Counted from the stretch's first letter, positions 16,620 through 25,862 are shown. The stretch: DNA of 26,292 nt from Dehalococcoidia bacterium (GCA_030740155.1 JASLXV010000103.1:1-26292); one strand, 5' to 3'. Translations and numbers: made by a program. Notes: generated by a model from the letters alone, not told the origin.

Positions 16620-17099
16620 ATGGCAGAGGAACAGCAGAGTGGCGGTCCTTCCGGAGGGTTTTGCTCCAGTTGCGGGAAGGAACTCGAAGCGAACACCGGT
16701 TTTTGCCCTAGCTGTGGATCCGCGGCCGGCGGGCAGCCCGCCTCCGCTCCGGCCGCCGCCGGGGGACCGGCAAGCACCGGCCACATCAAGAACCGCAACA
16801 TGATCATGCAGGTCGTTCTGACCATCGTGACACTTGGTATCTACGTGATCTACTGGTACTACGTGACTCTGGACGAGATGCAGAAGGCGAACGGAAAGAC
16901 GGAAGGGGCGGGTCTGTGGACGCTTCTTTCGATAATCCCGATTGCCAATCTTTTCGCTCAGTGGCATCACTCTTCCGAGTACGCTGAGTTCAATGGTGGC
17001 AAATACCCAGGGATCGCCATTTTCATTCTATGGATCGTCTTCGCCCCGGTTGTCTGGTTCCTGGTCCAGATGGACTTGAACCGGGCGGCACCCCGCTGA
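16620..17099 (+). CDS. Zinc-ribbon plus DUF4234-like membrane protein
   Basis: FCSSCG...FCPSCG ribbon, Ala/Pro/Gly linker, IKNRN..LTIVTLGIYVIYWYY, further TM segments, LVQMDLN end. Confidence 0.8.
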   Translation: MAEEQQSGGPSGGFCSSCGKELEANTGFCPSCGSAAGGQPASAPAAAGGPASTGHIKNRNMIMQVVLTIVTLGIYVIYWYYVTLDEMQKANGKTEGAGLWTLLSIIPIANLFAQWHHSSEYAEFNGGKYPGIAIFILWIVFAPVVWFLVQMDLNRAAPR

Positions 17100-17272
17100 C
17101 GCCAGGCCGCGCGAGACGGCATAGAGACGTAATAGAACAGTCCAGCCAATAGCGGCAACACCGGCTGCTCCGAAAGGCGGTTGAATTCAAGCAGGGCTGA
17201 CTCTTGATGTCTGCCCTTTGCTCCCCCACCTGGCGGAGGAAGATTCACCCGCCCGAGGCCTGAGGTAGAAAG

Positions 17273-17704
17273 ATGGTACAAAGCCAGGAACCCTTCGGGG
17301 GCAGCCGGAAGTTTTGCTCCAGCTGCGGCCAGGCGCTCGAAGCGAATAACCGCTTCTGCCCCTCGTGCGGAGCCGAGGCCCGGGCAACCGAGGCGCCACC
17401 GTTTGCCGGACCGGCTTCCGGTCCCGCGTTCGGCACCGGCCTGGCGGGTCATCCTTACGCCCATGTTCCCAACTATCTGATACAGGCGATCCTAGTTACG
17501 CTGTTTTGCTGCATGCCATTCGGGGTCGTCGCGATCGTTTATGCGGCGCAGGTCAATGGCAAACTGGCCAGCGGTGATCATGAGGGAGCCGTAAGGACCT
17601 CCAGGACAGCCAAAACTTGGGTCTGGGTTTCTTTCGGCGTCGGGCTGGGATTGGTCGCCCTTTGGGTCCCGATTGCGGCATGCAGCACAGTGGTCAGTGG
17701 TTAG
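17273..17704 (+). CDS. Zinc-ribbon plus CD225/dispanin (IFITM-like) membrane protein
   Basis: FCSSCG...FCPSCG; PNYLIQAILVTLFCCMPFGVVAIVYAAQV...GD.EGA...S.TAK.W. Confidence 0.88.
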   Translation: MVQSQEPFGGSRKFCSSCGQALEANNRFCPSCGAEARATEAPPFAGPASGPAFGTGLAGHPYAHVPNYLIQAILVTLFCCMPFGVVAIVYAAQVNGKLASGDHEGAVRTSRTAKTWVWVSFGVGLGLVALWVPIAACSTVVSG

Positions 17705-18152
17705 TCGATTGGTTGGAAACGTTACCGGTTTCCCGCGGACCAACGGATCGCCCGTTGATTCGCGCTGGATCATCGCGGGCGCCGTGCTGCTACTGGTCAC
17801 CGGCACAGCGGTCCTTCTTGCTTTTGAGCCCGGTGAGTCGGGGCTCTTCCCACCATGCCCGTTCCGTGCCGTGGCGGGCCTCTACTGTCCCGGTTGCGGC
17901 ACACTGCGCGGGCTACACCAATTGCTTAATGGAAACCTCTTGCAGGCGTTTGGGTTCAACCCTTTGATGGTCCTCTCGCTGCCTTTCGTGGGGTACTCAT
18001 TGCTCTCCAGTGCCGTCTCTGGGTTGAGTCGACGGCGCATGCCGGAAGTCTTCATCCCGGCCAACTGGATCTGGATGCTGTTGGGGGTGATTGTTCTATT
18101 TTGGGTTTTGCGCAATGTTCCCGCCTATCCGTTCACAGTATTGGCGCCGTAG
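17697..18152 (+). CDS. DUF2752 family membrane protein
   Basis: PPCPFRAVAGLYCPGCGTLRGLHQLL.G, AF.FNPL, FWVLRN. GTG 17697 overlaps the upstream stop; ORF track begins at 17673. Confidence 0.88.
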   Translation: MVSRLVGNVTGFPRTNGSPVDSRWIIAGAVLLLVTGTAVLLAFEPGESGLFPPCPFRAVAGLYCPGCGTLRGLHQLLNGNLLQAFGFNPLMVLSLPFVGYSLLSSAVSGLSRRRMPEVFIPANWIWMLLGVIVLFWVLRNVPAYPFTVLAP

Positions 18153-18219
18153 AGCTAGCGAGTATTGGGCGCGAGGGCGGAGGCAACAGAAATCAACCGC
18201 TATCGGAAGGGGGGCAGTG

Positions 18220-18848
18220 ATGGCTCAGGACTCGGGAGGTTGGATGGAAGGCCAGAAAGCTTGCCCTAACTGCGGCAAAGGCATCTCCCCGGATGCCGGC
18301 TTCTGTCTTCACTGCGGGACGAGAGTCGAGGTCAATCCTTCGTTCTGCGGCCACTGCGGCACGGAGATCAAACTGGGTGCTCATTTCTGCGCCGGTTGCG
18401 GTGCCGCGCGACCGGCGCCGGCACGGCCCCCACTTCCGTTGCGAGCGCGGGCGTGGGCGCGGGCTGGGGAGCCGATACCAATGTAGGGTACATGGGCTTC
18501 TGGATCCGGGTGGCGGCCGTGGTGATCGACGCCATCCTGACCGGCATCGTTAGTGCAAGTGTGGATGCGATAATGGGGTTCCCAGGTACCGGAGCGCTCT
18601 TATCCATTGCGTACTACGTGTTGCTCACCGGCCTCAAAGGCCAGACCCTCGGCAAGATGGCCCTGGGCATCAAGGTGGTGGACGCCAGAGGCAACGTGCC
18701 GGGCATCGGGCGCGCCGCCCTTCGGGAGATCGTGGGCAAATTTGTCTCGGCCATCGCCATCGGGTTGGGCTACCTGTGGGTCGGCTGGGACCCCCAAAAG
18801 CGCGGCTGGCACGACCACATAGCCGGCACCTACGTGATTCGGAAGTAG
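18220..18848 (+). pseudogene. Double zinc-ribbon plus RDD family protein split by a frameshift near 18405-18410
   Basis: From ATG 18220: CPNCG, FCLHCG, FCGHCG, FCAGCG. RDD motifs (YMGFWIRVAAVVID, GQTLGKMALGIKVV, ALREIVG, KRGWHDHIAGTYV) lie in another frame. Removing one GC from CCGCGCG joins them. Confidence 0.7.
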
Positions 18849-18967
18849 CCTCGGCCGGGGAATGTCTCTGGCGGCTAGTACCCGAGTCAACCCTTAGCTG
18901 CTGAGCCAACACGCCGGGACGCCGCTTCGAGTAAGATGACCCGGAAAGCCCCAGGAGGAGTTGTCCA

Positions 18968-19921
18968 ATGCCCGTGACTTTTGGATGTTCCCTGCCCACC
19001 CGGGGGCAGCTGGCCACCCCGGAGGGGATTCGCTCCCTGGCCCAGCGGGCCGAAGACCTGGGCTTCGACTCGGTCTGGGTCAGCGACCACATCATTCTGC
19101 CCCGTGAGGTCCAGTCTTTCTATCCTTACTCCGCGGACGGGGTGGCCGTCTTCAGCCCAGACCAGCCGTACTTCGAGGCGTTGTCGGCCCTCAACTTCCT
19201 CGCCGGCTGCACCCAGCGGGTGCGGCTGGGCACCCACGTGCTCATCGTGCCCTACCGCAATCCCGTCCTAGCCGCCAAGACGCTGGCCACCCTGGACGCG
19301 CTCTCGGGGGGCCGGGTGATTGTGGGGGTGGGCGTCGGCTGGATGGAAGAGGAGTTCAAGGCGCTGGGGCTGGACACCTACGCGGCCAGAGGACCCGTGA
19401 CCGACGAGTACCTGCAGCTTTACAAAGAGCTGTGGACCAAGGACGAGCCGGTCTTCAACGGGAAGCACTACCAGCTTTCCGGCAGCGGGTTTATGCCCAA
19501 GCCGGTGCAGAAGCCCCATCCGCCGATCTGGATCGGAGGGCACACCGGCCCGGCGATCCGTCGCGCCGCCAGGCTTGGCGATGGCTGGGTGCCCATCGGC
19601 CTGCGCCCTCCCGCCATCCTGGAACCCGAGGAAATGGCCGGGAAAATAGCCCGCCTTCGCACCTTGACCAAGGAGGCCGGGCGCGCCGAAGACGCCGTAT
19701 CGATTTCGTTCAGCACCGGGGTATCGTTCGAGAAGACCCCGATGCTATCTCGCAAGGCCATGAGCGGCCGGCCCGAGCAGATCGCCGCCGACCTGCGGCA
19801 GTACCAGGACCTGGGGGTCCGGAACTTCATCCTCAGCTTCCCGGCCGATAGCATCGCCGGCCAGAAAGAGGAGATGCAACAGTTCGCCCGAGAGGTGATG
19901 CCCCTGATACCCCAAGATTAG
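18968..19921 (+). CDS. LLM-class (luciferase-like) probable F420-dependent oxidoreductase
   Basis: AEDLGFDSVWVSDH, RLGTHVLIVPYRNP, LDALSGGR, GVGWMEEEF, PKPVQKPHPPIWIGG; AGGAGG RBS. Confidence 0.93.
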   Translation: MPVTFGCSLPTRGQLATPEGIRSLAQRAEDLGFDSVWVSDHIILPREVQSFYPYSADGVAVFSPDQPYFEALSALNFLAGCTQRVRLGTHVLIVPYRNPVLAAKTLATLDALSGGRVIVGVGVGWMEEEFKALGLDTYAARGPVTDEYLQLYKELWTKDEPVFNGKHYQLSGSGFMPKPVQKPHPPIWIGGHTGPAIRRAARLGDGWVPIGLRPPAILEPEEMAGKIARLRTLTKEAGRAEDAVSISFSTGVSFEKTPMLSRKAMSGRPEQIAADLRQYQDLGVRNFILSFPADSIAGQKEEMQQFAREVMPLIPQD

Positions 19922-19990
19922 GGTGCCCTCACCCCCGGCCCCTTTCCCACTGGGAGAGGGGTGGCCGAAGGCCGGGGTGAGGGCGCGCCC
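19921..19990. repeat. REP-like palindrome
   Basis: GCCCTCACCCCCGGCC ... GGCCGGGGTGAGGGC with inner CCCTTTCCCA-C-TGGGAGAGGG. Confidence 0.75.
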
Positions 19991-20025
19991 AAGTCAATTT
20001 CCAAACATAACAAGGGAGGCCGAAA

Positions 20026-20913
20026 TTGTCAGCACGATCCGACCTGAAAAATAGGCTAATTTCCGGACAACCCATCGTAGCGCCGGGGGCCTACGACCCC
20101 ATATCGGCCCGGCTGATCCAGTCGTTGGGCTTCGACACTGTCTATACCGGGGGATACATGAGCGGCGCCCATCTGGCCGTCACCGAGCCGCTGATGACCC
20201 TGACCGAGCAGGTGGACGTAGCCGCCCGGGTGGCCCGGTCGGTTTCCTTGCCGGTGATCTGCGACGCCAACGCTGGGTATGGCGACCCGGTGCACGCCAT
20301 GCACACTGTCCGGACCTTTGAGGCCGCGGGCATTGCCGCCATCCACATAGAGGACCAGTTCTTTCCGAAGCGGGCCTCATACCACGCGGGTTTGGAGCAT
20401 GTCATCCCCGGCGACGAGTTCCTGGTAAAGATGAAGTACGCGCTGCAAGCCCGCACCGACCCGGACTTCATCATCATCGGCCGCACCGACGCCTTCTCCG
20501 CAGTGGAAGGGGACATGAACGAAGCCATCCGCCGGGGCAACGCCCTTCGCGACCTGGGTGTCGACGTGATAATGCCCCGGGGCGTGCGCCAGAAGGAAGA
20601 CCTGGATACCTACCGCAAAGGCGTATCCGATGTTCCCTTGCTGGTCATCGCCGGGGCCGACGATATCACGGTCCAAGAGTACACGGACCTGGGCTACCAG
20701 ATAATGATCTACGCCACCGCGCCCATAATCGCCGCGGTCGACGGTTTCCGCAAGGTTTACCAGAGCCTGAAGGACACCGGCCACATCGGCATCAACGAGC
20801 AGCGGGTGCGGGAGATGCGCGACGAGGTTGAGGCCCTGATCAGCCTCCCCGAGTACCAGGAGGTTGAGGCGCAGACCACCGAGCGGGAATTCCAGGACCG
20901 GCCCCGCCACTGA
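20026..20913 (+). CDS. Isocitrate lyase/PEP mutase superfamily protein (KRASY loop variant)
   Basis: PGAYDPISA, ICDANAGYG, IHIEDQFFPKR, IIGRTDA; TTG start after GGAGG. Confidence 0.9.
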   Translation: MSARSDLKNRLISGQPIVAPGAYDPISARLIQSLGFDTVYTGGYMSGAHLAVTEPLMTLTEQVDVAARVARSVSLPVICDANAGYGDPVHAMHTVRTFEAAGIAAIHIEDQFFPKRASYHAGLEHVIPGDEFLVKMKYALQARTDPDFIIIGRTDAFSAVEGDMNEAIRRGNALRDLGVDVIMPRGVRQKEDLDTYRKGVSDVPLLVIAGADDITVQEYTDLGYQIMIYATAPIIAAVDGFRKVYQSLKDTGHIGINEQRVREMRDEVEALISLPEYQEVEAQTTEREFQDRPRH

Positions 20914-21002
20914 CAAAAATCATCCTTGGTACGAAGTGGCCCTGCCGGGTCTCAGTACATCCGGCAGGGGCCGGCCACAAGCGTGGGGCTTTGCCTCAAA
21001 TC

Positions 21003-21113
21003 CGTCATTCCGAGGAGCGCAGGGACGACCCCGATTCTATCGGGGTGGTGCGGGGTCCCTCCATGGCAACCTTGACCCACCGCCCCAGACCCCTCGCCTC
21101 ACTCGGGGTAACA
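21003..21113. repeat. Degenerate REP-like palindrome between convergent genes, with nested CCCCGAT-TCT-ATCGGGG
   Basis: GTCATTCCGAG.AGCGCAG.GACGA at left, CCCTCGCCTCACTCGGGGTAAC at right; inner inverted repeat at 21029-21045. Confidence 0.55.
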
Positions 21114-21217
21114 TATGCCAGGGTGCTTTTGAGGCAAGGCCCAAATGTGGGGTATTGCCCGGGCCGCCCGATTCCGGAAAATCCGGGCAATGAAGCTCCA
21201 ACGGCCGGGACGCCGGG

Positions 21218-21544
21218 TCAGCGGCCCGGCGCCTGGTAGCCCACGGCCGACGCCTTCCGCATGGCTTCGACGGCCTCGTCCATCGGTAGGAGCACGGTGG
21301 TGTTGAAATTCCTCAAAGCGCCGCTGCTGGCTATTGCCATGGACATCGCCATCATGGTCACGTTGTCGGGGAGTTCCAAGATAGCCACCACGTCGTAGTC
21401 GCCGAAGGTGTAGTCGAAGGTTTCAAGCTTGCCGCCCAGACACTCGATCATCTGCCGCACCGCCGCGCTCCGGTCTTGGGGGTCCTTGATCAGGGCCCCG
21501 AGCCCCTGGCTGGAATAGCTAGCCTGTTTCATGTAGCGAGCCAT
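21218..21544 (-). CDS. GYD domain protein
   Basis: PQDR..AVRQMIE.LGGKL, YTFGDYDVVAILELPD, TTVLL; GGAGG RBS. Confidence 0.9.
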   Translation of the reverse strand: MARYMKQASYSSQGLGALIKDPQDRSAAVRQMIECLGGKLETFDYTFGDYDVVAILELPDNVTMMAMSMAIASSGALRNFNTTVLLPMDEAVEAMRKASAVGYQAPGR

Positions 21545-21547
21545 GGT

Positions 21548-22414
21548 CTACCTCCTCGTTTCGACGATCGTAGCACCGGACACGCCGTACTTCCGCTCCA
21601 GTTCGTAGACTTCCGGGAGCCCCAGCATGCCGGCGGCGTCCCAGCGGGTGGCAACCCGGCTTGGGTCCACCCTCCCTGTCTCCTTCAGCTCCTCGAAGGC
21701 GTCCCGCACCTGCTTGTAGACCAGCCAGATGGTGCTGCCGCAGATCATCAGCTTGAAACCCTGGGCGGCCACCTCCTGGGTGGGCAACAGGTCTCCGTTG
21801 TACATCCGGGGCAGGTCCCGCAGGTCGGCGGCGTAGTTGCGCAGATCATCCAACGTCTTGACACCATCGACGAACACCAGGTCGGCGCCGGCGTCGATGT
21901 AGGCGCGGCACCTCCGGACCGTATCCTCCCAACCGGTGACGGCGTAGGCGTCGCAGCGGGCGATGATGACGAAGTCGGGGTCGGTGCGAGCGTCCAGGGC
22001 GGCTCGGATCTTCTGGACCGCTTCCTCCATGGGGATGACCTGCTTGCCCTCGAAGAACCCGCACTTCTTGGGGAATACCTGGTCCTCGATGTGGATGCCG
22101 GCGACCCCGGCGGACTCGTACTCCCGAACCGTGCGCCGGACGTTCAGCGGATTCCCGTAGCCGGTATCGGCGTCGGAAACCACTGGAATGCCGACCGCGT
22201 TGGCGATGTACTTGGCGTTGGACACCATCTCAGTCATGGTCAGCAGGCCCACGTCGGGAAAGCCCTTCTCGGCGGCCGTGCCGGCGCCGGTCATGTACAC
22301 CGCGTCGAAGCCCACCGCTTCCGCGATCTTGGCATGGAACGCGTTAAGAACGAATGGGGCGGTAATCATCTGGCCCGAGGCCAGCATTTGGCGAAGCTTG
22401 GTGGTTGTCTTCAT
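21548..22414 (-). CDS. Isocitrate lyase/PEP mutase superfamily protein (methylisocitrate/dimethylmalate lyase-like)
   Basis: YMTGAG, GFPDVGL, SDADTGYGN, IHIEDQVFPKKCG, IIARCDA; GGAGG before ATG 22414. Confidence 0.92.
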   Translation of the reverse strand: MKTTTKLRQMLASGQMITAPFVLNAFHAKIAEAVGFDAVYMTGAGTAAEKGFPDVGLLTMTEMVSNAKYIANAVGIPVVSDADTGYGNPLNVRRTVREYESAGVAGIHIEDQVFPKKCGFFEGKQVIPMEEAVQKIRAALDARTDPDFVIIARCDAYAVTGWEDTVRRCRAYIDAGADLVFVDGVKTLDDLRNYAADLRDLPRMYNGDLLPTQEVAAQGFKLMICGSTIWLVYKQVRDAFEELKETGRVDPSRVATRWDAAGMLGLPEVYELERKYGVSGATIVETRR

Positions 22415-22434
22415 GGCGACCCCTCCGTGGTGCA

Positions 22435-22508
22435 AGCGGTCAGCTATCAGCCTTCAGCTTTCAGCTTTCAGGTTCGGAGGGAATTGTAGCTGCTGATAGC
22501 TGGCCGCT
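22435..22508. repeat. Heptamer-based inverted repeat
   Basis: AGCGGTCAGCTATCAGC (22435-22451) pairs with GCTGATAGCTGGCCGCT (22492-22508); TCAGCTA/TCAGCCT/TCAGCTT/TCAGCTT heptamers. Confidence 0.7.
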
Positions 22509-22714
22509 CGTGATTGCCTGAATGATAGCCCATTATCCTTCCCGCTGCCACTGCCTGAAAACGTCGCGATCCTGTTGGAGGGCAGGAGGTAATCGGAACG
22601 TGGCCGGTACTCAAATAGGCAAGGAGGCCGGCCCGAGAGGTCCGCGGCACTTGGGCGCTTCCGAGTCGGCCCGGAACAGGGAGTCCCAGAGGGAATACCG
22701 GCGCAGAGGGCTAT

Positions 22715-23080
22715 CTATCCATCCGAGCCGGAGATCAAGGGAACCACGATGCCCAGCACCAGCGCAGCGATGATGATTCCCGCGAAGACCAGCCAGAGAG
22801 TCGATCTCGACTCCGGCGCAGTGCCCCGGCGTTCCCGCTCCCGCAACTCCTGGGGTCCCAGGTCCAAGACTTCCCTGGCCGGCATCTGGTCGGACTCGTA
22901 GACGCACAGGTCATGGGGGAGGTTATAGGCCGAGCCCCAGAGGCCGGGCCCGCCTCGCAAGGACCGGATGACGCACCGGATGCCCGCCTGCCGCAGCCGC
23001 TGCTCGGCCAGCCGCGCCATGGGCTCGTTGTCGAACACGGTTAGTCGGACCTGTTTCTCCCGGCGACCCCGGTGGGGCAT
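22715..23080 (-). CDS. DUF2007-like putative signal-transducing protein with C-terminal TM helix
   Basis: VFDNEPMARLAEQRLRQAGIRC, LCVYESD...AREVL, hydrophobic C-terminus. Confidence 0.7.
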   Translation of the reverse strand: MPHRGRREKQVRLTVFDNEPMARLAEQRLRQAGIRCVIRSLRGGPGLWGSAYNLPHDLCVYESDQMPAREVLDLGPQELRERERRGTAPESRSTLWLVFAGIIIAALVLGIVVPLISGSDG

Positions 23081-23088
23081 CGCACCCC

Positions 23089-24204
23089 CTAGCCCGCCGC
23101 CTGGGAGGGCAGGGCCACGGTGGCCCGGCCGAGGGCCGTCTGCTGGCCCCGCTGGTCTTCGCACCACAGTGCCACGTCGGCCAGGCGCCGGTCTTCTTCA
23201 CGGTAGACCCGGGTCACCCGGCCCCGGCACCAGGTGGCGTCGCCATACCCATTGGGCAAGGTCAAGGTGACGCTCAGAGACTTGAGGAAGCCCGAGTCTC
23301 CCATCCAGTTTGTCAGAAGATTGCTCACCCAGGATATCCGGTCGATGCCCGAGTCATGGGCGTAGGGGAACCCGAACATGCCGGCCACGTCATCCCGCAG
23401 CATGGAAGCTTCCCAGCTTTCCCACGAGCCGTTGTCCGGGTCACGGAAGGCGAAGCCGGGGTGGCGCTGCCGGTAGCGCAGGAACTCCTTGAAGCCAAGG
23501 CTTGGGCGGGTGGCGTTGATGAATTGGATCATCTCCTCGGAGGTCAGCGGCCCCCGGACGATGGCGGGAAGCGGGTCCGACTCCTTCACGCTTTCCCAGT
23601 AGCGCGGTTGGCTGCCCCTTATCTCCTCGGCGTCATAGGCGTCCTCGATGGCCAGTGCCTCCGCCTCGGTCAGGGGCTGCTTGCGCCACTCCCGGTACTT
23701 CCCCGCGTCGATAGCCGGGGCCCGAGGGGTGCGCAGGACCCATGAGGTAGCCTTGGCCACGGCCTCGCCTTGGTCGTCGGTGAAGGCCGTTTCCCCCGTT
23801 TGGAGGACCATCGGCCCGCAGAACCGCCCCTCTTTCTCTTGAACGTCGACCAAGCGCGATTCGGACCGGACTCGGTCCCCCAAGCGCACCAATTTGAAGA
23901 ACTCCCACTGGGTGCCGCCATATATTATGTGAAGCTCAGGGAGCTTGGGGGCGATGCAGGTAGCGTCCACGCTGTACAGCCAGCACGGGGGCGCAACGAT
24001 GCGGCCCTCGCCGCCATTTCCGGGGTAAGCGGGGTCCAGCCAAAGAGGGTTGCGGTCGCCAATGCTCTTGGTCCAACGGTTGATGGCCGGACGGCTGGCC
24101 AGACAGTTGTGCAGGGGGCGGCGCAACGGCACGCCGATCAGGGCCCGCGCCGCCTCAAGTGACGCGGGATCCAGTCCTTCGGTGGGAGTACTTGGTAAAA
24201 GCAT
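23089..24204 (-). CDS. MaoC-like double hotdog dehydratase family protein
   Basis: IGDRNPLWLDP.Y, IVAPP, YGGTQWEF, RYWESV, NWMGDSGFL, GD.TWCRGRV. Confidence 0.85.
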   Translation of the reverse strand: MLLPSTPTEGLDPASLEAARALIGVPLRRPLHNCLASRPAINRWTKSIGDRNPLWLDPAYPGNGGEGRIVAPPCWLYSVDATCIAPKLPELHIIYGGTQWEFFKLVRLGDRVRSESRLVDVQEKEGRFCGPMVLQTGETAFTDDQGEAVAKATSWVLRTPRAPAIDAGKYREWRKQPLTEAEALAIEDAYDAEEIRGSQPRYWESVKESDPLPAIVRGPLTSEEMIQFINATRPSLGFKEFLRYRQRHPGFAFRDPDNGSWESWEASMLRDDVAGMFGFPYAHDSGIDRISWVSNLLTNWMGDSGFLKSLSVTLTLPNGYGDATWCRGRVTRVYREEDRRLADVALWCEDQRGQQTALGRATVALPSQAAG

Positions 24205-24211
24205 GGGAGGG

Positions 24212-25423
24212 CTACCTCTGCTCCAGGGGTGGAGGGACGATGGGTTGGTCTGCCGGGCCATGCACCGATGGCAGCGAGACCACGGCGCTCCCCGGCATGA
24301 TATTCTCGCCCCGTTGGTTCACCGCCGAAATGTCGCACTGCACCAGGTGATAGTCACCCTCCACCCATTTGCGCACGACCCGTCCCCGCAATCTGGTGAC
24401 ATCGCCGACGATGTTCGGGCGGCGCAAGAAGCCTCCGACCTGGACCAGGAAGGCGTTGTCCCCCATCCAGTCAGTCATGTAGCGGCAGAGCCAGGACAAC
24501 CGGTGAGGGCCGATGTCGTAGACGCCCGGCATCCCCACTTCCCGGGCCATGAACTCCTCCCAATGCCCCCGGTGGGGATGGTCCTGGACCCCCGTCTCCG
24601 GGTCCACAAAGGTGTCGGCGGGATGGCGGCGCCGGTTGAGGATCTGGTATACGTGGCCGCCGGGATGGCCTACTCCCTCTCCGCTGGTGGCCCCGGAATC
24701 GGTGTAGCTGCCGGCGAACGCGATATCCACCACCCTCAGGGGGCCGTAAGTTACCAGGGGCAGTTGTTCGTCGTCGGCTACCTCTTCCCAGTAGCGGGGG
24801 AGGCTGCCGCGGACCGACTCCTCCAACATCTCCTGCTCCACCGCATCCAGGTCCTCCAGAGACCACCGGTGAGGGTCGACGTGGTAGTTCATGCCCCCGG
24901 GGGCTTGGCGGCGGGGCGTCCGCATCACCTGGGTCCGGGTCTTGGCCACCAGGACGCCATCCGCGCTGCGGCAATCCACCTCGCCATGCTGAAGAATCAT
25001 CCGGGGCACCGTCCGCCCTCGCTTTTCCACGGCATCGACCAATCGGCCACTCTGAGTGATGATGTCGCCGGGACCCATCGGGTGGAAGAACTCCCACTCG
25101 GTGCCGGCGTAGATCCATTGGATGCCCCGCAGGCCCGGCGCGATTATCGCCTGGCCGACCATCACCGGAGGGGCAACGATGCCGCCCCATCGGGTCCGGG
25201 CCGCGTACTCCGGGTCCAGAAACAGCGGATTGTCGCTGCCCATGTAATTGCAGTAAGTGCGGATATTTTCCCGGGTTATCTCCACGGTGGCTTGAGCTCC
25301 CCGGTAGTCCACCCCAATCAGCCGCCTGGCCTCGGCTAGGCTGTTGTCATCCAGCCCCGGTACCTGGGTCGCGACCGTGTAGGCTTGGTCTTTGAACCTG
25401 ACCACATTTTCCGGTTCCGTCAT
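24212..25423 (-). CDS. MaoC-like double hotdog dehydratase family protein (paralog)
   Basis: MGSDNPLFLDPEYA..TRWGGIVAPP, YAGTEWEF, RYWEEV, HW...AREVGMPGVYDIG, DWMGDNAFL. Start may be GTG 25432. Confidence 0.88.
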   Translation of the reverse strand: MTEPENVVRFKDQAYTVATQVPGLDDNSLAEARRLIGVDYRGAQATVEITRENIRTYCNYMGSDNPLFLDPEYAARTRWGGIVAPPVMVGQAIIAPGLRGIQWIYAGTEWEFFHPMGPGDIITQSGRLVDAVEKRGRTVPRMILQHGEVDCRSADGVLVAKTRTQVMRTPRRQAPGGMNYHVDPHRWSLEDLDAVEQEMLEESVRGSLPRYWEEVADDEQLPLVTYGPLRVVDIAFAGSYTDSGATSGEGVGHPGGHVYQILNRRRHPADTFVDPETGVQDHPHRGHWEEFMAREVGMPGVYDIGPHRLSWLCRYMTDWMGDNAFLVQVGGFLRRPNIVGDVTRLRGRVVRKWVEGDYHLVQCDISAVNQRGENIMPGSAVVSLPSVHGPADQPIVPPPLEQR

Positions 25424-25775
25424 GTCACCCACGCAGCGTCGAGTATCGGCCTACCCAACCAGACCCGGCTGGTCTGGCGGCTATCCGGATTATATCAGAC
25501 CCCTTCTTCGCGGCACCAAGCAGCACCGGCTGCCCTGGGAAACCGCGGCTGAATTCGAGGTGGACCGGCCCGTGGATAATCCTTCCAGCTCCCCTTGCGG
25601 CCGGCGCGTTACCCGCGAGCCCAGGAAGCCTTTCTGGGCCGGGGAATGCCACGCTGCCGGATCTGGAAATGCCGCAGGACCGGGGCATTCCCGGAGCGAT
25701 GCCCGAGCCTGATTTTAGGTGAAACCGTGGTGCCTCCCACAGATGAACATGATATAATATGCGGCGCACGGCTAG

Positions 25776-25862
25776 GCCGAGGTGGTGGAATTGGTAGACA
25801 CGCGGTCTTGAGGGGGCCGTGGGCATTCGCCTGTGTGGGTTCAAATCCCGCCCTCGGCACCA
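25776..25862 (+). tRNA. tRNA-Leu (GAG)
   Basis: GCCGAGG/CCTCGGC acceptor, anticodon loop TTGAGGG, long variable arm, GGTTCAAATCC, encoded CCA; TATAAT at 25755-25760. Confidence 0.97.

Noticed and set aside
24050..25339. 429-aa plus-strand ORF
   Set aside because: Antisense shadow of the MaoC-like gene.
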